Made by a program: the position numbers and the translations under genes. The notes beneath the pieces are model-generated. The model saw only the letters and a list, made by a program, of their open reading frames with translations. It was not told where the DNA came from and did not search any database. Shown here piece after piece: positions 1 to 9,017 of a DNA stretch of 64,000 nucleotides (position 1 is the first letter of the stretch; every line of letters begins with the position of its first letter). The DNA comes from an uncultured virus (IMG/VR IMGVR_UViG_3300035662_000013). Its lineage: Duplodnaviria; Heunggongvirae; Uroviricota; Caudoviricetes. The stretch lies in IMG/VR virus record IMGVR_UViG_3300035662_000013; one strand, given 5' to 3'.

Positions 1-1
1 T

Positions 2-385
2 GTTAGGAAGCTTCCAAATGGAGGCGGATACCTTTATCTTAGAGAAGCATTTTTTAAAGTTATAGATATGTTTAGGACGCTAACTCCTCACTTAATTCTA
101 GTTGCCCACGTAAAAGATACGTTGATTAACAAAGAAGGAAAAGAGTTGTCAGAAATGTCAATAGACTTATCAGGAAAAACTGCTAGATTGGTAGCCGCAG
201 ATGCAGACGCAATAGCGTATTGTTATCGCGTTAAAAATCAGACAATTTTCAATTTCAATGGAGGAGGAGACTTTATTGTGGAAGCAAGACAGGCTCACTT
301 ACGTGGAAAAGAAATTGTTGTGGCAGAGAGTGATGATGAGGGCAGAATTACTGCTCATTGGGATAGAATATATATAAAAGATTGA
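2..385 (+). CDS. AAA-family ATPase, crAss replication module (5'-partial)
   Basis: The frame is open from nt 2 (VRKLPNGGGYLYLREAFFKVID) into the listed ORF. LPNGxGY, ILVAHVKD and DADAIAY motifs resemble phage AAA_24/Sak4-like ATPases. Lies upstream of the SSB and primase. Confidence 0.75.
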   Translation, partial: VRKLPNGGGYLYLREAFFKVIDMFRTLTPHLILVAHVKDTLINKEGKELSEMSIDLSGKTARLVAADADAIAYCYRVKNQTIFNFNGGGDFIVEARQAHLRGKEIVVAESDDEGRITAHWDRIYIKD

Positions 386-387
386 AT

Positions 388-984
388 ATGATATTTAATA
401 CAAGTATCGGTTTTAACGTTGAAACTAAAGACGTTAAATACCTAGATGCAGGGATACATGAGAATGTGGACCTTGTATCGGCGAAACAAGACAGATCGAC
501 TAACGGAAACGAATACATTGAGATCTTGTTCGAAAGAGATGGAGCTAAAGTAAGTCAAACTGAATATGAACCAAAGAAATTTGGTGATGAATCAGATGAA
601 TCATTACAAGCAAAGGCTGATGGCCAGGTAAAAAGGATTATGCAAATCCTTAAGTGTTTTTATCCTAAAGAAGTATTAGTATTTACAGGCGACTCGTTCG
701 CAGGTTTTGCTGCATGGGTGGTTGCGTTAATTAATAACGCTCCAAAGACCAAAGTGCGTCTTAAGGTAGTATATGGAAATAACGGTTTTACCGGACTTCC
801 AAGATATTATAAATACACATTTATTGAGCCTATGACGATTAGCTCGTCGGATTCAAAAATTAGCCAATTATCTATTGATAAGTTTGAAAGACAAGTTCTT
901 GATACCGAGCCAGAAGCTGAAACTTCTGCAAGCGTGTTTGGAGCAACGCCAAAAACAGCAACAGTAGAAGATTCTCCATTCTAA
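388..984 (+). CDS. Probable single-stranded DNA-binding protein
   Basis: Beta-rich N-terminus (LDAGIHENV...NGNEYIEILFE) and an acidic C-terminal tail ending DSPF, typical of SSBs. Sits between the ATPase and primase. ATG at 388 preferred over TTG at 382. Confidence 0.55.
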   Translation: MIFNTSIGFNVETKDVKYLDAGIHENVDLVSAKQDRSTNGNEYIEILFERDGAKVSQTEYEPKKFGDESDESLQAKADGQVKRIMQILKCFYPKEVLVFTGDSFAGFAAWVVALINNAPKTKVRLKVVYGNNGFTGLPRYYKYTFIEPMTISSSDSKISQLSIDKFERQVLDTEPEAETSASVFGATPKTATVEDSPF

Positions 985-997
985 ATAAAAAGTAAAA

Positions 998-1987
998 ATG
1001 CTTTATGATACAAAAAAACATATAAGCGATACCGAGTCTAAGAGCATGATAACGAAAAGTGATGTACTTGAAATAGTGTCAGAATATGACATTTTTAGAA
1101 AGTATATAGGAGATATAAGAGTCGGACAGACAATTAAATCTCCTCTCAGAGAAGACTCAAATCCGTCATTTGGCATTTTTGTAAGCAATAGGGATAACGC
1201 TCTATTATATAAAGACTTAGCCAATGGCGATTGCGGAGACGCATTTAAATTTGTAAAAAACCTTTTCGGTCTACGAAAGTATAGTGAAGTGATGAGCCAG
1301 ATTATTAGTGACTTTAATGTCGGATATAAGATGAGCAATAAGCCTAGTAGCAAATATACATTCGTTAGCAGGAAGAAGCAGATATCTGTAAAAAGAAAAG
1401 CAATGACAGCTCAAGACCTTGCGTTTTGGGCTGAATTTGGAATATCTGAAAAAACACTTTCCACTTATCGAGTTAACGCGATATCTCTGTACTCAGTAGA
1501 TGGAGAGATAAAGGCAACTTATACGAAAGAAGATCCAATTTATTCGTATAAGGTATTTGACAAATTTAAAATCTACAGACCACTTGGAAAAAAGATAAAC
1601 AAATGGAGGGGCAATTTATCGTCATTAGATATAATGGGATATGAGCAACTTCCAGAAGGCGGGGATGTGCTTATTATAACTAAATCACTGAAAGACGTAA
1701 TGGTTTTACATGAATTAGGATATAATGCAATTTCTCCGCCAAGTGAATCTACAATGATTCCGGAGATTGTTTTAAACAAACTCAAAGAGAGGTTTAAAAA
1801 AATAGTTATTTTTTATGATAGAGATAGAACTGGTGTCCAGTTTACAAGAAAAATAGTAAGCAAATATAGCTTCGATTTCTTGTTCATTAATAAAAAATAC
1901 AAAACAAAGGATATTAGTGATTTCGCAAAAAAGTTTAGTCTCAAAGAGGCCGAGCTTTTTATGAAGTCAAAAATATCAATCCAATAA
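998..1987 (+). CDS. DnaG-type DNA primase, crAss-like
   Basis: Degenerate CHC2-like N-terminal region (SPLREDSNPSF...YKDLANGDCGD) and Toprim domain (LIITKSLKDVM...FYDRDRTG...KDISD). Confidence 0.85.
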   Translation: MLYDTKKHISDTESKSMITKSDVLEIVSEYDIFRKYIGDIRVGQTIKSPLREDSNPSFGIFVSNRDNALLYKDLANGDCGDAFKFVKNLFGLRKYSEVMSQIISDFNVGYKMSNKPSSKYTFVSRKKQISVKRKAMTAQDLAFWAEFGISEKTLSTYRVNAISLYSVDGEIKATYTKEDPIYSYKVFDKFKIYRPLGKKINKWRGNLSSLDIMGYEQLPEGGDVLIITKSLKDVMVLHELGYNAISPPSESTMIPEIVLNKLKERFKKIVIFYDRDRTGVQFTRKIVSKYSFDFLFINKKYKTKDISDFAKKFSLKEAELFMKSKISIQ

Positions 1988-1996
1988 CAAACTGGA

Positions 1997-2066
1997 AGTC
2001 TATTAGCGCGGTGGGAGTGCGCGGATAAATCCGAGGTCACAGGTTCGAGTCCTGTATAGACAACAA
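1997..2066 (+). tRNA. tRNA-like gene lacking most of the anticodon loop (pseudo-tRNA or tRNA mimic)
   Basis: Acceptor GTCTAT/ATAGAC, TA at 8-9, D-stem GCGC/GTGC, variable loop AGGTC, perfect T-arm ACAGG-TTCGAGT-CCTGT. The anticodon arm is only CGGAT-AA-ATCCG, and the 3' end reads ACAA rather than ACCA. Confidence 0.75.
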
Positions 2067-2081
2067 TTAAAATTAATAAAA

Positions 2082-2945
2082 ATGATAAAGATACCAACTA
2101 GTAAAAATATATTTGGCAGTAGAGCGGCGACAATGAAAGCAGCTGAACTTGATTTGTCTGAATATATTGCATTTTCAGTAAAAACTGGATTAAAATGCAA
2201 GATAATGAATGGTAGCGTTTGCGATGTAAATGGTGTTCCATTCCAAAACAAGTCACTACAAGATGAGGCCTCTTTTTTTACAGAAAGGGTGTCTAACTCA
2301 AAAACAGTCGTATTAGGGACAATAGTTCCAGCAAGTGCCATAACGTATTCATTTTCAGACATAGCCGAAATAGAGGCTGCAATGAACTCAAATGCGAAGA
2401 GACATGCAGATGTTTCAAAGTCATACTCAATAGAGATTTATGATTTTTCATTTGAATTAGAGCCAGAAACAATTTCATACGGAACAAAAAGAATGATGTT
2501 GTATTCGATGTCAAGATCGAGCACAAATGAAGGGTTTATTTACACTTCAACTTCGATATTTGGAGAGAGCCTTACAAAGGAGTCATTCACGGCATTTATG
2601 CTTACAAATGCGTATTCTGGAAAGAAAACTGCTTTATATCAGAGAATGTCTTCTGATACGTCAAAAAAATTTGCAGAAAGATTTATAATAAATCCATTTG
2701 AGGTTTTATCAAGGCCTATTATTGGGTATGATAAATTTTCTGGAACAACTGATTTCCAAGAAAGAACAAAGGTCATAACAGTTTCATTTGATACTTATGA
2801 ATTAAAAATTCCAATGATAAGAGTATCTAAGAAATGGGCAAGATATTTACTGATGCTATTAGATGAAAAAATAATAACATCATTCACGTTTAAAGCAATA
2901 TTTGATATTAACGAAAATAAATATAAATGTGCAGTAGTATTATAA
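2082..2945 (+). CDS. Hypothetical protein
   Basis: 287-aa ORF with an A-rich upstream region, co-oriented and tightly packed. Confidence 0.7.
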   Translation: MIKIPTSKNIFGSRAATMKAAELDLSEYIAFSVKTGLKCKIMNGSVCDVNGVPFQNKSLQDEASFFTERVSNSKTVVLGTIVPASAITYSFSDIAEIEAAMNSNAKRHADVSKSYSIEIYDFSFELEPETISYGTKRMMLYSMSRSSTNEGFIYTSTSIFGESLTKESFTAFMLTNAYSGKKTALYQRMSSDTSKKFAERFIINPFEVLSRPIIGYDKFSGTTDFQERTKVITVSFDTYELKIPMIRVSKKWARYLLMLLDEKIITSFTFKAIFDINENKYKCAVVL

Positions 2946-2947
2946 CA

Positions 2948-5440
2948 ATGCAACATATCAACGAACAACTGTTGATTGCAAGAGAATTTAGCGCTGTTAT
3001 TCGCAATATGGGAATTTATGGATTTTATAAATCAAAAGATAAAATCATAGAAGAGAATAAGGCTAAAAAGAAGCATAATCATGTTGTTTTTTTAACAAAA
3101 TTGTTTAGCTTTCTTGATAAAATAAATGTATATACAGAGAATGTTGTAAATGACTATTATAAAAGTGATAATAAATCACTAGAATTAGTTCTTTCTAATA
3201 ATTTTTCTAATCTATTATTATCATATAAAAATGATTACATATCAAAAAAACTAAAAAATGGAGCTATAAAAACAAGGTATATTAAATCTTCGAATTTAAA
3301 TTTCTTTGATTATATATCTGATTCTGATTCGTCAAAAATAACAGCAATATCTAAGTCTAAGTTTTCGGCATTAATCTTTTCTTCATTAATACATGAGTTT
3401 GGAGAGATGACTACGAACTTAAACAGGATAGCTTCTTGTTTCGCAAATAAAATTTATTCTGACTCTACAGAGAAGAAAGAAATTAGATTCTATGAGATAT
3501 TAAGTGATGAAATGATAGATATTATGATTATTAGACACATGATATCCTACATGGACCCATTTCGCTCAAGTATTATAGGTACGACAATATCTAAATCAAA
3601 GACAAAGAAAATAGCAAAACAAGTATCAGAAAGATATTATGCTTCATATTCAAAGAATCATGGAGATAAAATAGCTATAAAACTTAAAGAATTCGAAGTT
3701 ATATTAACGTATATAGATGAGTATTTAAAAAATACCGCTATATTCACAGAAAATATATTTAAAAAAGAAGTAAAGCAAAAGTTCTTTTCTGAATATTCTA
3801 TATCAAATATAATATCGAATACATTTGATTTTATGGAGAATAACCTAGAATATTTTTTAAAAAATACCGAAGTAAGAGAAAAAACGGAATTAAACACATA
3901 TACCGGCAATCAAATTGTCGTAAAATATAGAGCTCCAATTGAATCGAAATGCAGTGATATTGATTATTGCAATAAGATAATTGAAGTTGTTTCTGAGACG
4001 AATAAATTTATCGAAAAAATTAATGAAAAGATTGAATTAGATAAGAAAGCGTTAGCAGAAAGAAATAATGTAAAAAACATAATTGTAGAAGGAGATGATA
4101 TAATCAAATATTACAATAGCTCTTCTTATAGTGCATCGTATGGCGGCACATTATGGAACTCATGTATGAGATATCCAGAGCAAAAGGAGAAAATTATGTT
4201 TTATGCAAAAAACAAAGAACTTGTTAAGTTGTATATACGGCTTGACGAGGATCTAACAAAAATTAAAGGTCGCGCATTAATTTGGTTTGATAAAGAAACA
4301 AAGAAAATGTACGCAGACAGACTTTACTACACCGATAGCAGTACGTATAATTCAATGGTAGCATATCTACAAGGTCTTAAGAATTGTAATCTTGTTCATT
4401 CAAATGAATCAGGAATAGCAGGACACCTTAGAAGCGGCTTCCCAAAAATTAAAATTTCAAATTTAAACGCAGCCCTAGAGATGCCTTATTTTGACAGTTT
4501 AAGCACTGTTCTTGTAAATAAAGACGGTTTAGCTGTAGCAACTTCATCTGCAGTTGGAAAAAACGATATTTCACTTCCAATTGGAGCTATAAATATCAAT
4601 AGTCCAGAATTATACATAGAGGCCGCAAAACAACGCACATGTAAGATTTGTGGAGCCGTACTGAGCAGTAAGAGTAATTTAACTGAATTGGAATTAGGCG
4701 CTGTATGTAATAGGCATATTAAATTAATGACTGACAACAAGGTTATTATTATAAATTCAGGAGGCCTGCAGACAGAAGACGGGACTATGCTTAAAGGACC
4801 AGTTACAAAAGATTTTTTGTCGACAGGAACTCGTGGAAAATATGAATTTAATTCAAAGTTAAATTTTATTAAAATGGATACTTCATTCGGAGAATTGCAA
4901 TATAGAATTCATGAATTTTTATTTTCTCACAATTGCGATGTTTCTTACAGGCCTTGTATTTATGGAGCTACGACCATATCAGATGCTGAGAAAATTTATT
5001 ATGACGAAACGTGTACAACCATGTCGTTGCAATTATTGAAATCAAAACTAACAGTAGTTGTTCCAAAAAATCCAACAGAAATTGAAATTAAAGCGATAGA
5101 GCAACTGTCTATAATTGGTCCGATTTTAGAGTCTAATCTATATAATGCAAACAGAAAGGCTATTATAAAGCTTGCAGAAAAGAATATCGATAAGTACGTT
5201 GCAAAAGTAATGTTATTGTCTGGGTATACTGCAAAAGAGCTGTCTGTATCGAAAGAAGCAATTCTCTCTACAAGAGGAAGATATGAAAATGAAATATTGG
5301 CACTTCAAAAAGAAATAGCGAACTCTTCTGATTATACATTGAAAACTGTATCTTCTTTGTCTATGATAAATGAAGAATTATATTTTTCATTCAAATATAG
5401 AGCGCTATTAATCAAATTAAAAGATTTAGTACAAGAATGA
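2948..5440 (+). CDS. Large phage protein with SCM...RAL(I)W...DRxY domain and a possible Zn ribbon
   Basis: Motifs GGTLWNSCMRY, KGRALIW, YADRLY, MPYFDS and CKICG...CNRH. ATG at 2948 follows the upstream stop; the 3' end overlaps the peptidase start (ATGA). Confidence 0.65.
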   Translation: MQHINEQLLIAREFSAVIRNMGIYGFYKSKDKIIEENKAKKKHNHVVFLTKLFSFLDKINVYTENVVNDYYKSDNKSLELVLSNNFSNLLLSYKNDYISKKLKNGAIKTRYIKSSNLNFFDYISDSDSSKITAISKSKFSALIFSSLIHEFGEMTTNLNRIASCFANKIYSDSTEKKEIRFYEILSDEMIDIMIIRHMISYMDPFRSSIIGTTISKSKTKKIAKQVSERYYASYSKNHGDKIAIKLKEFEVILTYIDEYLKNTAIFTENIFKKEVKQKFFSEYSISNIISNTFDFMENNLEYFLKNTEVREKTELNTYTGNQIVVKYRAPIESKCSDIDYCNKIIEVVSETNKFIEKINEKIELDKKALAERNNVKNIIVEGDDIIKYYNSSSYSASYGGTLWNSCMRYPEQKEKIMFYAKNKELVKLYIRLDEDLTKIKGRALIWFDKETKKMYADRLYYTDSSTYNSMVAYLQGLKNCNLVHSNESGIAGHLRSGFPKIKISNLNAALEMPYFDSLSTVLVNKDGLAVATSSAVGKNDISLPIGAININSPELYIEAAKQRTCKICGAVLSSKSNLTELELGAVCNRHIKLMTDNKVIIINSGGLQTEDGTMLKGPVTKDFLSTGTRGKYEFNSKLNFIKMDTSFGELQYRIHEFLFSHNCDVSYRPCIYGATTISDAEKIYYDETCTTMSLQLLKSKLTVVVPKNPTEIEIKAIEQLSIIGPILESNLYNANRKAIIKLAEKNIDKYVAKVMLLSGYTAKELSVSKEAILSTRGRYENEILALQKEIANSSDYTLKTVSSLSMINEELYFSFKYRALLIKLKDLVQE

Positions 5441-6669
5441 TAAACAAAGATTTATTAATAAAAGTATTATCAATACAGTCAACCGTAAAGGAAGACAAGT
5501 TGATAAACGAATTCATAGAGAAGTATCTGTCAAAGATAGATGGAGTATCTATTGAAAAAGATTCATTTGGAAACATTTATGCTACTAAAGGATCTGGAGA
5601 GAATGGATATAAATGTATAGTGTCTCACACAGATACAGTCCATCAGATGTGCAAAAACAGAAAAATATATATATTTGAAGACACTTTATTTGCGATAGCA
5701 GAAAAAGAGAGAACCGCATACAATCAATCTGATATTTGCCAAGTTGGCGTTGGAGGAGATGATAAATGCGGAGTATACGCTTGTCTTCAAGCTATGTCAG
5801 ATTTTGATAATATTAAATCTGTATTTTTCAGATTTGAGGAAACAGGATGCAACGGATCTTCTGCTGCAAACATGAAGTTCTTCAAAGACTGTAACATGGT
5901 ATTGCAATTGGACAGAAAGGGTTCGTCTGATTTTATTACACATACAAATGGGTTAACCATTGCAAGTGATAAATTCAAAAAGGATTCAAGCGAAATTTAT
6001 ACAAAATATGGATTTTCTCCAAATTACGGCACATCGACAGATGTTGGTGCGCTAAAAAGAAATGGGCTTGAAGTTTCTGCAGCCAATATATCTTCTGGTT
6101 ATTTTGAACCACACAGTGGGTTCGAAACAGTAAATATCAAAGTATTGGATAATACATATCTTATGATATCTGATATTTTCAATACAATGGGAAATACAAG
6201 ATATGATCACAAGAAAGAAGTAGTGACATATATCCCTTCGAGTAGGTATGCGCTTCCAGCAGGAAAATCTAAACGCAAAAATAAGGTATTAGAATCGAAT
6301 TTCTTTACTAGAACATTGCTGAAGATGAATGCCGTAGAGGTTTCAGGAAAAGAACAGTCGTTAATGTTTGAGGAAATATTGGAGAGCGGATACTATAATT
6401 TAATCAGAGATGAATATATTGAAGTAGAAAAAGCTGTATGTCCAGAATGCGGAAAAATAGGCGATATAGCCTATATGACTTACGATAACTTCACTTTCTG
6501 CAACGAAAAAGAATGCAATGCGGAAATAGAAGACGACGGTGAGATAATTAAAAATATCGAACTAGAAGATAACGGAACAATATATGTTTTGTGTAGACTA
6601 TATAACAGATGGATTAAAAAATCTGATGCTGTTTATGTAGAAAGTATAGAATCATATATCAAAAAATAA
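5437..6669 (+). CDS. M20/M28-clan zinc peptidase with C-terminal Cys cluster
   Basis: Metal ligands SHTDTVH, GGDDKCG, FEETGCNGS, QLDRKG and EPH. C-terminal CPECG...CNEKEC. Confidence 0.85.
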   Translation: MINKDLLIKVLSIQSTVKEDKLINEFIEKYLSKIDGVSIEKDSFGNIYATKGSGENGYKCIVSHTDTVHQMCKNRKIYIFEDTLFAIAEKERTAYNQSDICQVGVGGDDKCGVYACLQAMSDFDNIKSVFFRFEETGCNGSSAANMKFFKDCNMVLQLDRKGSSDFITHTNGLTIASDKFKKDSSEIYTKYGFSPNYGTSTDVGALKRNGLEVSAANISSGYFEPHSGFETVNIKVLDNTYLMISDIFNTMGNTRYDHKKEVVTYIPSSRYALPAGKSKRKNKVLESNFFTRTLLKMNAVEVSGKEQSLMFEEILESGYYNLIRDEYIEVEKAVCPECGKIGDIAYMTYDNFTFCNEKECNAEIEDDGEIIKNIELEDNGTIYVLCRLYNRWIKKSDAVYVESIESYIKK

Positions 6670-6673
6670 CAAC

Positions 6674-6727
6674 TCCGAATACTCGCAATATTTGGAAGCG
6701 GGCAGAGAAATCTGCTCGCAACTTATT
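6674..6727 (+). terminator. Tandem hairpins after peptidase gene (weak terminator or mRNA stabiliser)
   Basis: TCCGAATA/TATTTGGA stem, then GCGGGCAGA-GAAA-TCTGCTCGC with a GNRA loop and a poor U-tract. Confidence 0.45.
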
Positions 6728-6746
6728 TAATTATAGAAGGAATGAA

Positions 6747-7067
6747 ATGAGTGTTAGTGAAATATTTAGAGGAATTAGCCCTGGAACCATGCTTTTTGGA
6801 ACAATAAATGGATATGCAGGATGTATATATGAGCATAAGCCTGGTACTTTTATTGTTTGTACTAATCAATATAATGGTACAGTAGGAGATAAGAATATAA
6901 ATGCATCAACAGGGTATTCTGGATTTGTCTCAATTGGCGGATCGTTCAGTGGGTTTATACCGAATTGGAACACAAAAACTGCTGAAAAGCAACCTCAAAA
7001 AACAGATGTTATTAAGATCACAATAATTGAATTTGAAACATTTGAAAAAGTAAATCAAAATTTTTAA
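6747..7067 (+). CDS. Hypothetical protein
   Basis: 106-aa ORF in operon orientation. Confidence 0.65.
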   Translation: MSVSEIFRGISPGTMLFGTINGYAGCIYEHKPGTFIVCTNQYNGTVGDKNINASTGYSGFVSIGGSFSGFIPNWNTKTAEKQPQKTDVIKITIIEFETFEKVNQNF

Positions 7068-7071
7068 AATT

Positions 7072-7377
7072 ATGTCAGAAAAAAAAGAAGTAACTTTATT
7101 TAAAAAGTTCTATAACATGACTGAAGATGTCATGAAAAAGTTGAAAGAGCCATTAGTAGAAAGAGCGTTTAAACGCAAATTTCAATCGTCTTATGACTCG
7201 CTGGAAGATGCCATTATTGAATCTGAAAATGATTTCAATAAAGCAATGGAGAATATTGAAAATGTTGATTTGAACAAATTACTTCAAATTCGAAACAAAA
7301 AAAGAAATGCAATTAAAACTAAGGAAGAGATTACAGTAATGTATGAAGAATTCTTTGGTGAAAAAATGGCAGCGTAA
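7072..7377 (+). CDS. Hypothetical helical/coiled-coil protein
   Basis: 101-aa charged helical ORF, tightly packed. Confidence 0.7.
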   Translation: MSEKKEVTLFKKFYNMTEDVMKKLKEPLVERAFKRKFQSSYDSLEDAIIESENDFNKAMENIENVDLNKLLQIRNKKRNAIKTKEEITVMYEEFFGEKMAA

Positions 7378-7379
7378 TT

Positions 7380-8375
7380 ATGACAATGGATATAACTATC
7401 CCTTATTATGATGACAATTCACGTATCTCAAGAAGTGGTCTTAAGCGATTTGAAATATCGCCTAAAGACTACCGAGATATGTTAGATGGGAAAGACGGGG
7501 GATTAAAAGGAAAGTATATAGATAAGGGCATAATGACTCATATGTATCTACTACAGCAGGAGGAGTTCAAGAAAGAATACAAGGTATTAACTTTTGAAAC
7601 ACCAAGCTCTGCGCAACAAAAGAAATTCTGTCAAGACTATATTAATAGCAAGGCCGAGAAGCCTATTTTAAAGGCCTTAGAGGCATTTAAAAATAACTAT
7701 AGTACTACAGGTAAGAAAGACGAAGAAAGTGCCGCTAAGGGGCTAGAAATGGCCTTAAAATTGAAGCAGTACATTAAGTTCTTGAGGTCAGAGTCAAATT
7801 CAGTGAAAACGATGAGTTGGGCTGAGTTAAATGGTCTTAAAATAACAAAAGAAAACGTGTTATTACACAAAAAAGCCAAAGAATTGCTATTTAGAGAAGA
7901 CTCTGATAAATTCTGGGCTAAAAACGAATTCCATATAAACTGGGAGTATAAGTTAGAAGACAACATAGTATACCAATGCAAATCATTAATTGACAGATTA
8001 ACTGTTGATGAAGAAAATAAAGTGATTCAACTAATAGACATAAAGACCACTGTAGACACCTCAAACTTTAAAAAATCGTTTGTAGAGTATGAATATGCAG
8101 GTCAAATGGCTTTTTACTGGATGGCTATAATTTGGTATATGAAAAACATAAAAGAAGTCGACCTTTCTGATTGGTCGTTTGAGACGTACATAGTTGCAAT
8201 CAAAAATAATAGTCCATATGACTGTAGAGTTTTCTCTGTAAGTCCTGAATTATTAGAACCAGAAATACCAAGAATAAATAAAACTATCTCAGAAATACAT
8301 TGGCATACAGTCAATAATTTATGGGATTATAGGAGAGAATATTATGAAAATGATGGAATTGAAACAATTTCCTGA
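7380..8375 (+). CDS. PD-(D/E)XK family nuclease (RecE/DUF3799-like)
   Basis: ISRSGLK and GIMTH at the N-terminus, then NEF, KSLIDRL, IDIKTT and YxxQMAFY motifs. Confidence 0.85.
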   Translation: MTMDITIPYYDDNSRISRSGLKRFEISPKDYRDMLDGKDGGLKGKYIDKGIMTHMYLLQQEEFKKEYKVLTFETPSSAQQKKFCQDYINSKAEKPILKALEAFKNNYSTTGKKDEESAAKGLEMALKLKQYIKFLRSESNSVKTMSWAELNGLKITKENVLLHKKAKELLFREDSDKFWAKNEFHINWEYKLEDNIVYQCKSLIDRLTVDEENKVIQLIDIKTTVDTSNFKKSFVEYEYAGQMAFYWMAIIWYMKNIKEVDLSDWSFETYIVAIKNNSPYDCRVFSVSPELLEPEIPRINKTISEIHWHTVNNLWDYRREYYENDGIETIS

Positions 8376-8934
8376 TGGTCTTAATCTATCTTTTTATTTA
8401 TTATTGCCGCTAATATTTGATAAATATGCAGATTGGTGGTCTTTGCTTAAAAATGACTGCCACGCTGTCTATAATGGGTATATTTATGATTTAAATACAC
8501 CTGATATAGAAAACTCATTTAAAGTTGCAATTAATACGGAGATGTCCAGTAGATTAAAGATTGACCAATTTGAGGAAAACGAAAATTTTAAATCAAAATA
8601 TTCTGCTAGATTTTCTGATAAAGAAAATGAGCCTACATTTTTAGATGTATACTCATTCTCTATAATAGAAAAATATATTGAAACCTATGAGAAAGTTAAG
8701 CTAAACAAGTACTTCGAAATTGATGTAGAAATAAAAAAGAAGATATTAAGCTTTTGGAATTCAACATTTAATTCGAATCTCTATAATGCCTTAATGGTAT
8801 CTGCTATAGAGCCTATTAAAACGTCTAATGATGTATTGCAATTGAAAGATAAGAAGTTTGATTTAGCAACAGCATATATTGATGAATTTGATAGCGCTTT
8901 AATTGATTCTCTAAAAGGTATCAAGTTGGCTTAA
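8344..8934 (+). CDS. Hypothetical protein, last gene of + arm
   Basis: 196-aa ORF overlapping the nuclease 3' end and followed by a terminator. Confidence 0.7.
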   Translation: MKMMELKQFPDGLNLSFYLLLPLIFDKYADWWSLLKNDCHAVYNGYIYDLNTPDIENSFKVAINTEMSSRLKIDQFEENENFKSKYSARFSDKENEPTFLDVYSFSIIEKYIETYEKVKLNKYFEIDVEIKKKILSFWNSTFNSNLYNALMVSAIEPIKTSNDVLQLKDKKFDLATAYIDEFDSALIDSLKGIKLA

Positions 8935-8937
8935 AAT

Positions 8938-8982
8938 AAAAAAAGACTATTACTGATTTTACTCAATAGTAGTCTTTTTTTT
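8938..8982. terminator. Bidirectional intrinsic terminator at convergence of the two genome arms
   Basis: A7-GACTATTACTGA-TTTTAC-TCAATAGTAGTC-T8: an imperfect stem flanked by an A-tract and a T-tract between convergent genes. Confidence 0.85.
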
Positions 8983-9017
8983 GTCTTGTTGCTAGTTATA
9001 TTGTTGTAACCGCAAAA

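Noticed and set aside
1997..2066. Functional or suppressor tRNA assignment
   Set aside because: No anticodon is present, so an isotype cannot be read.
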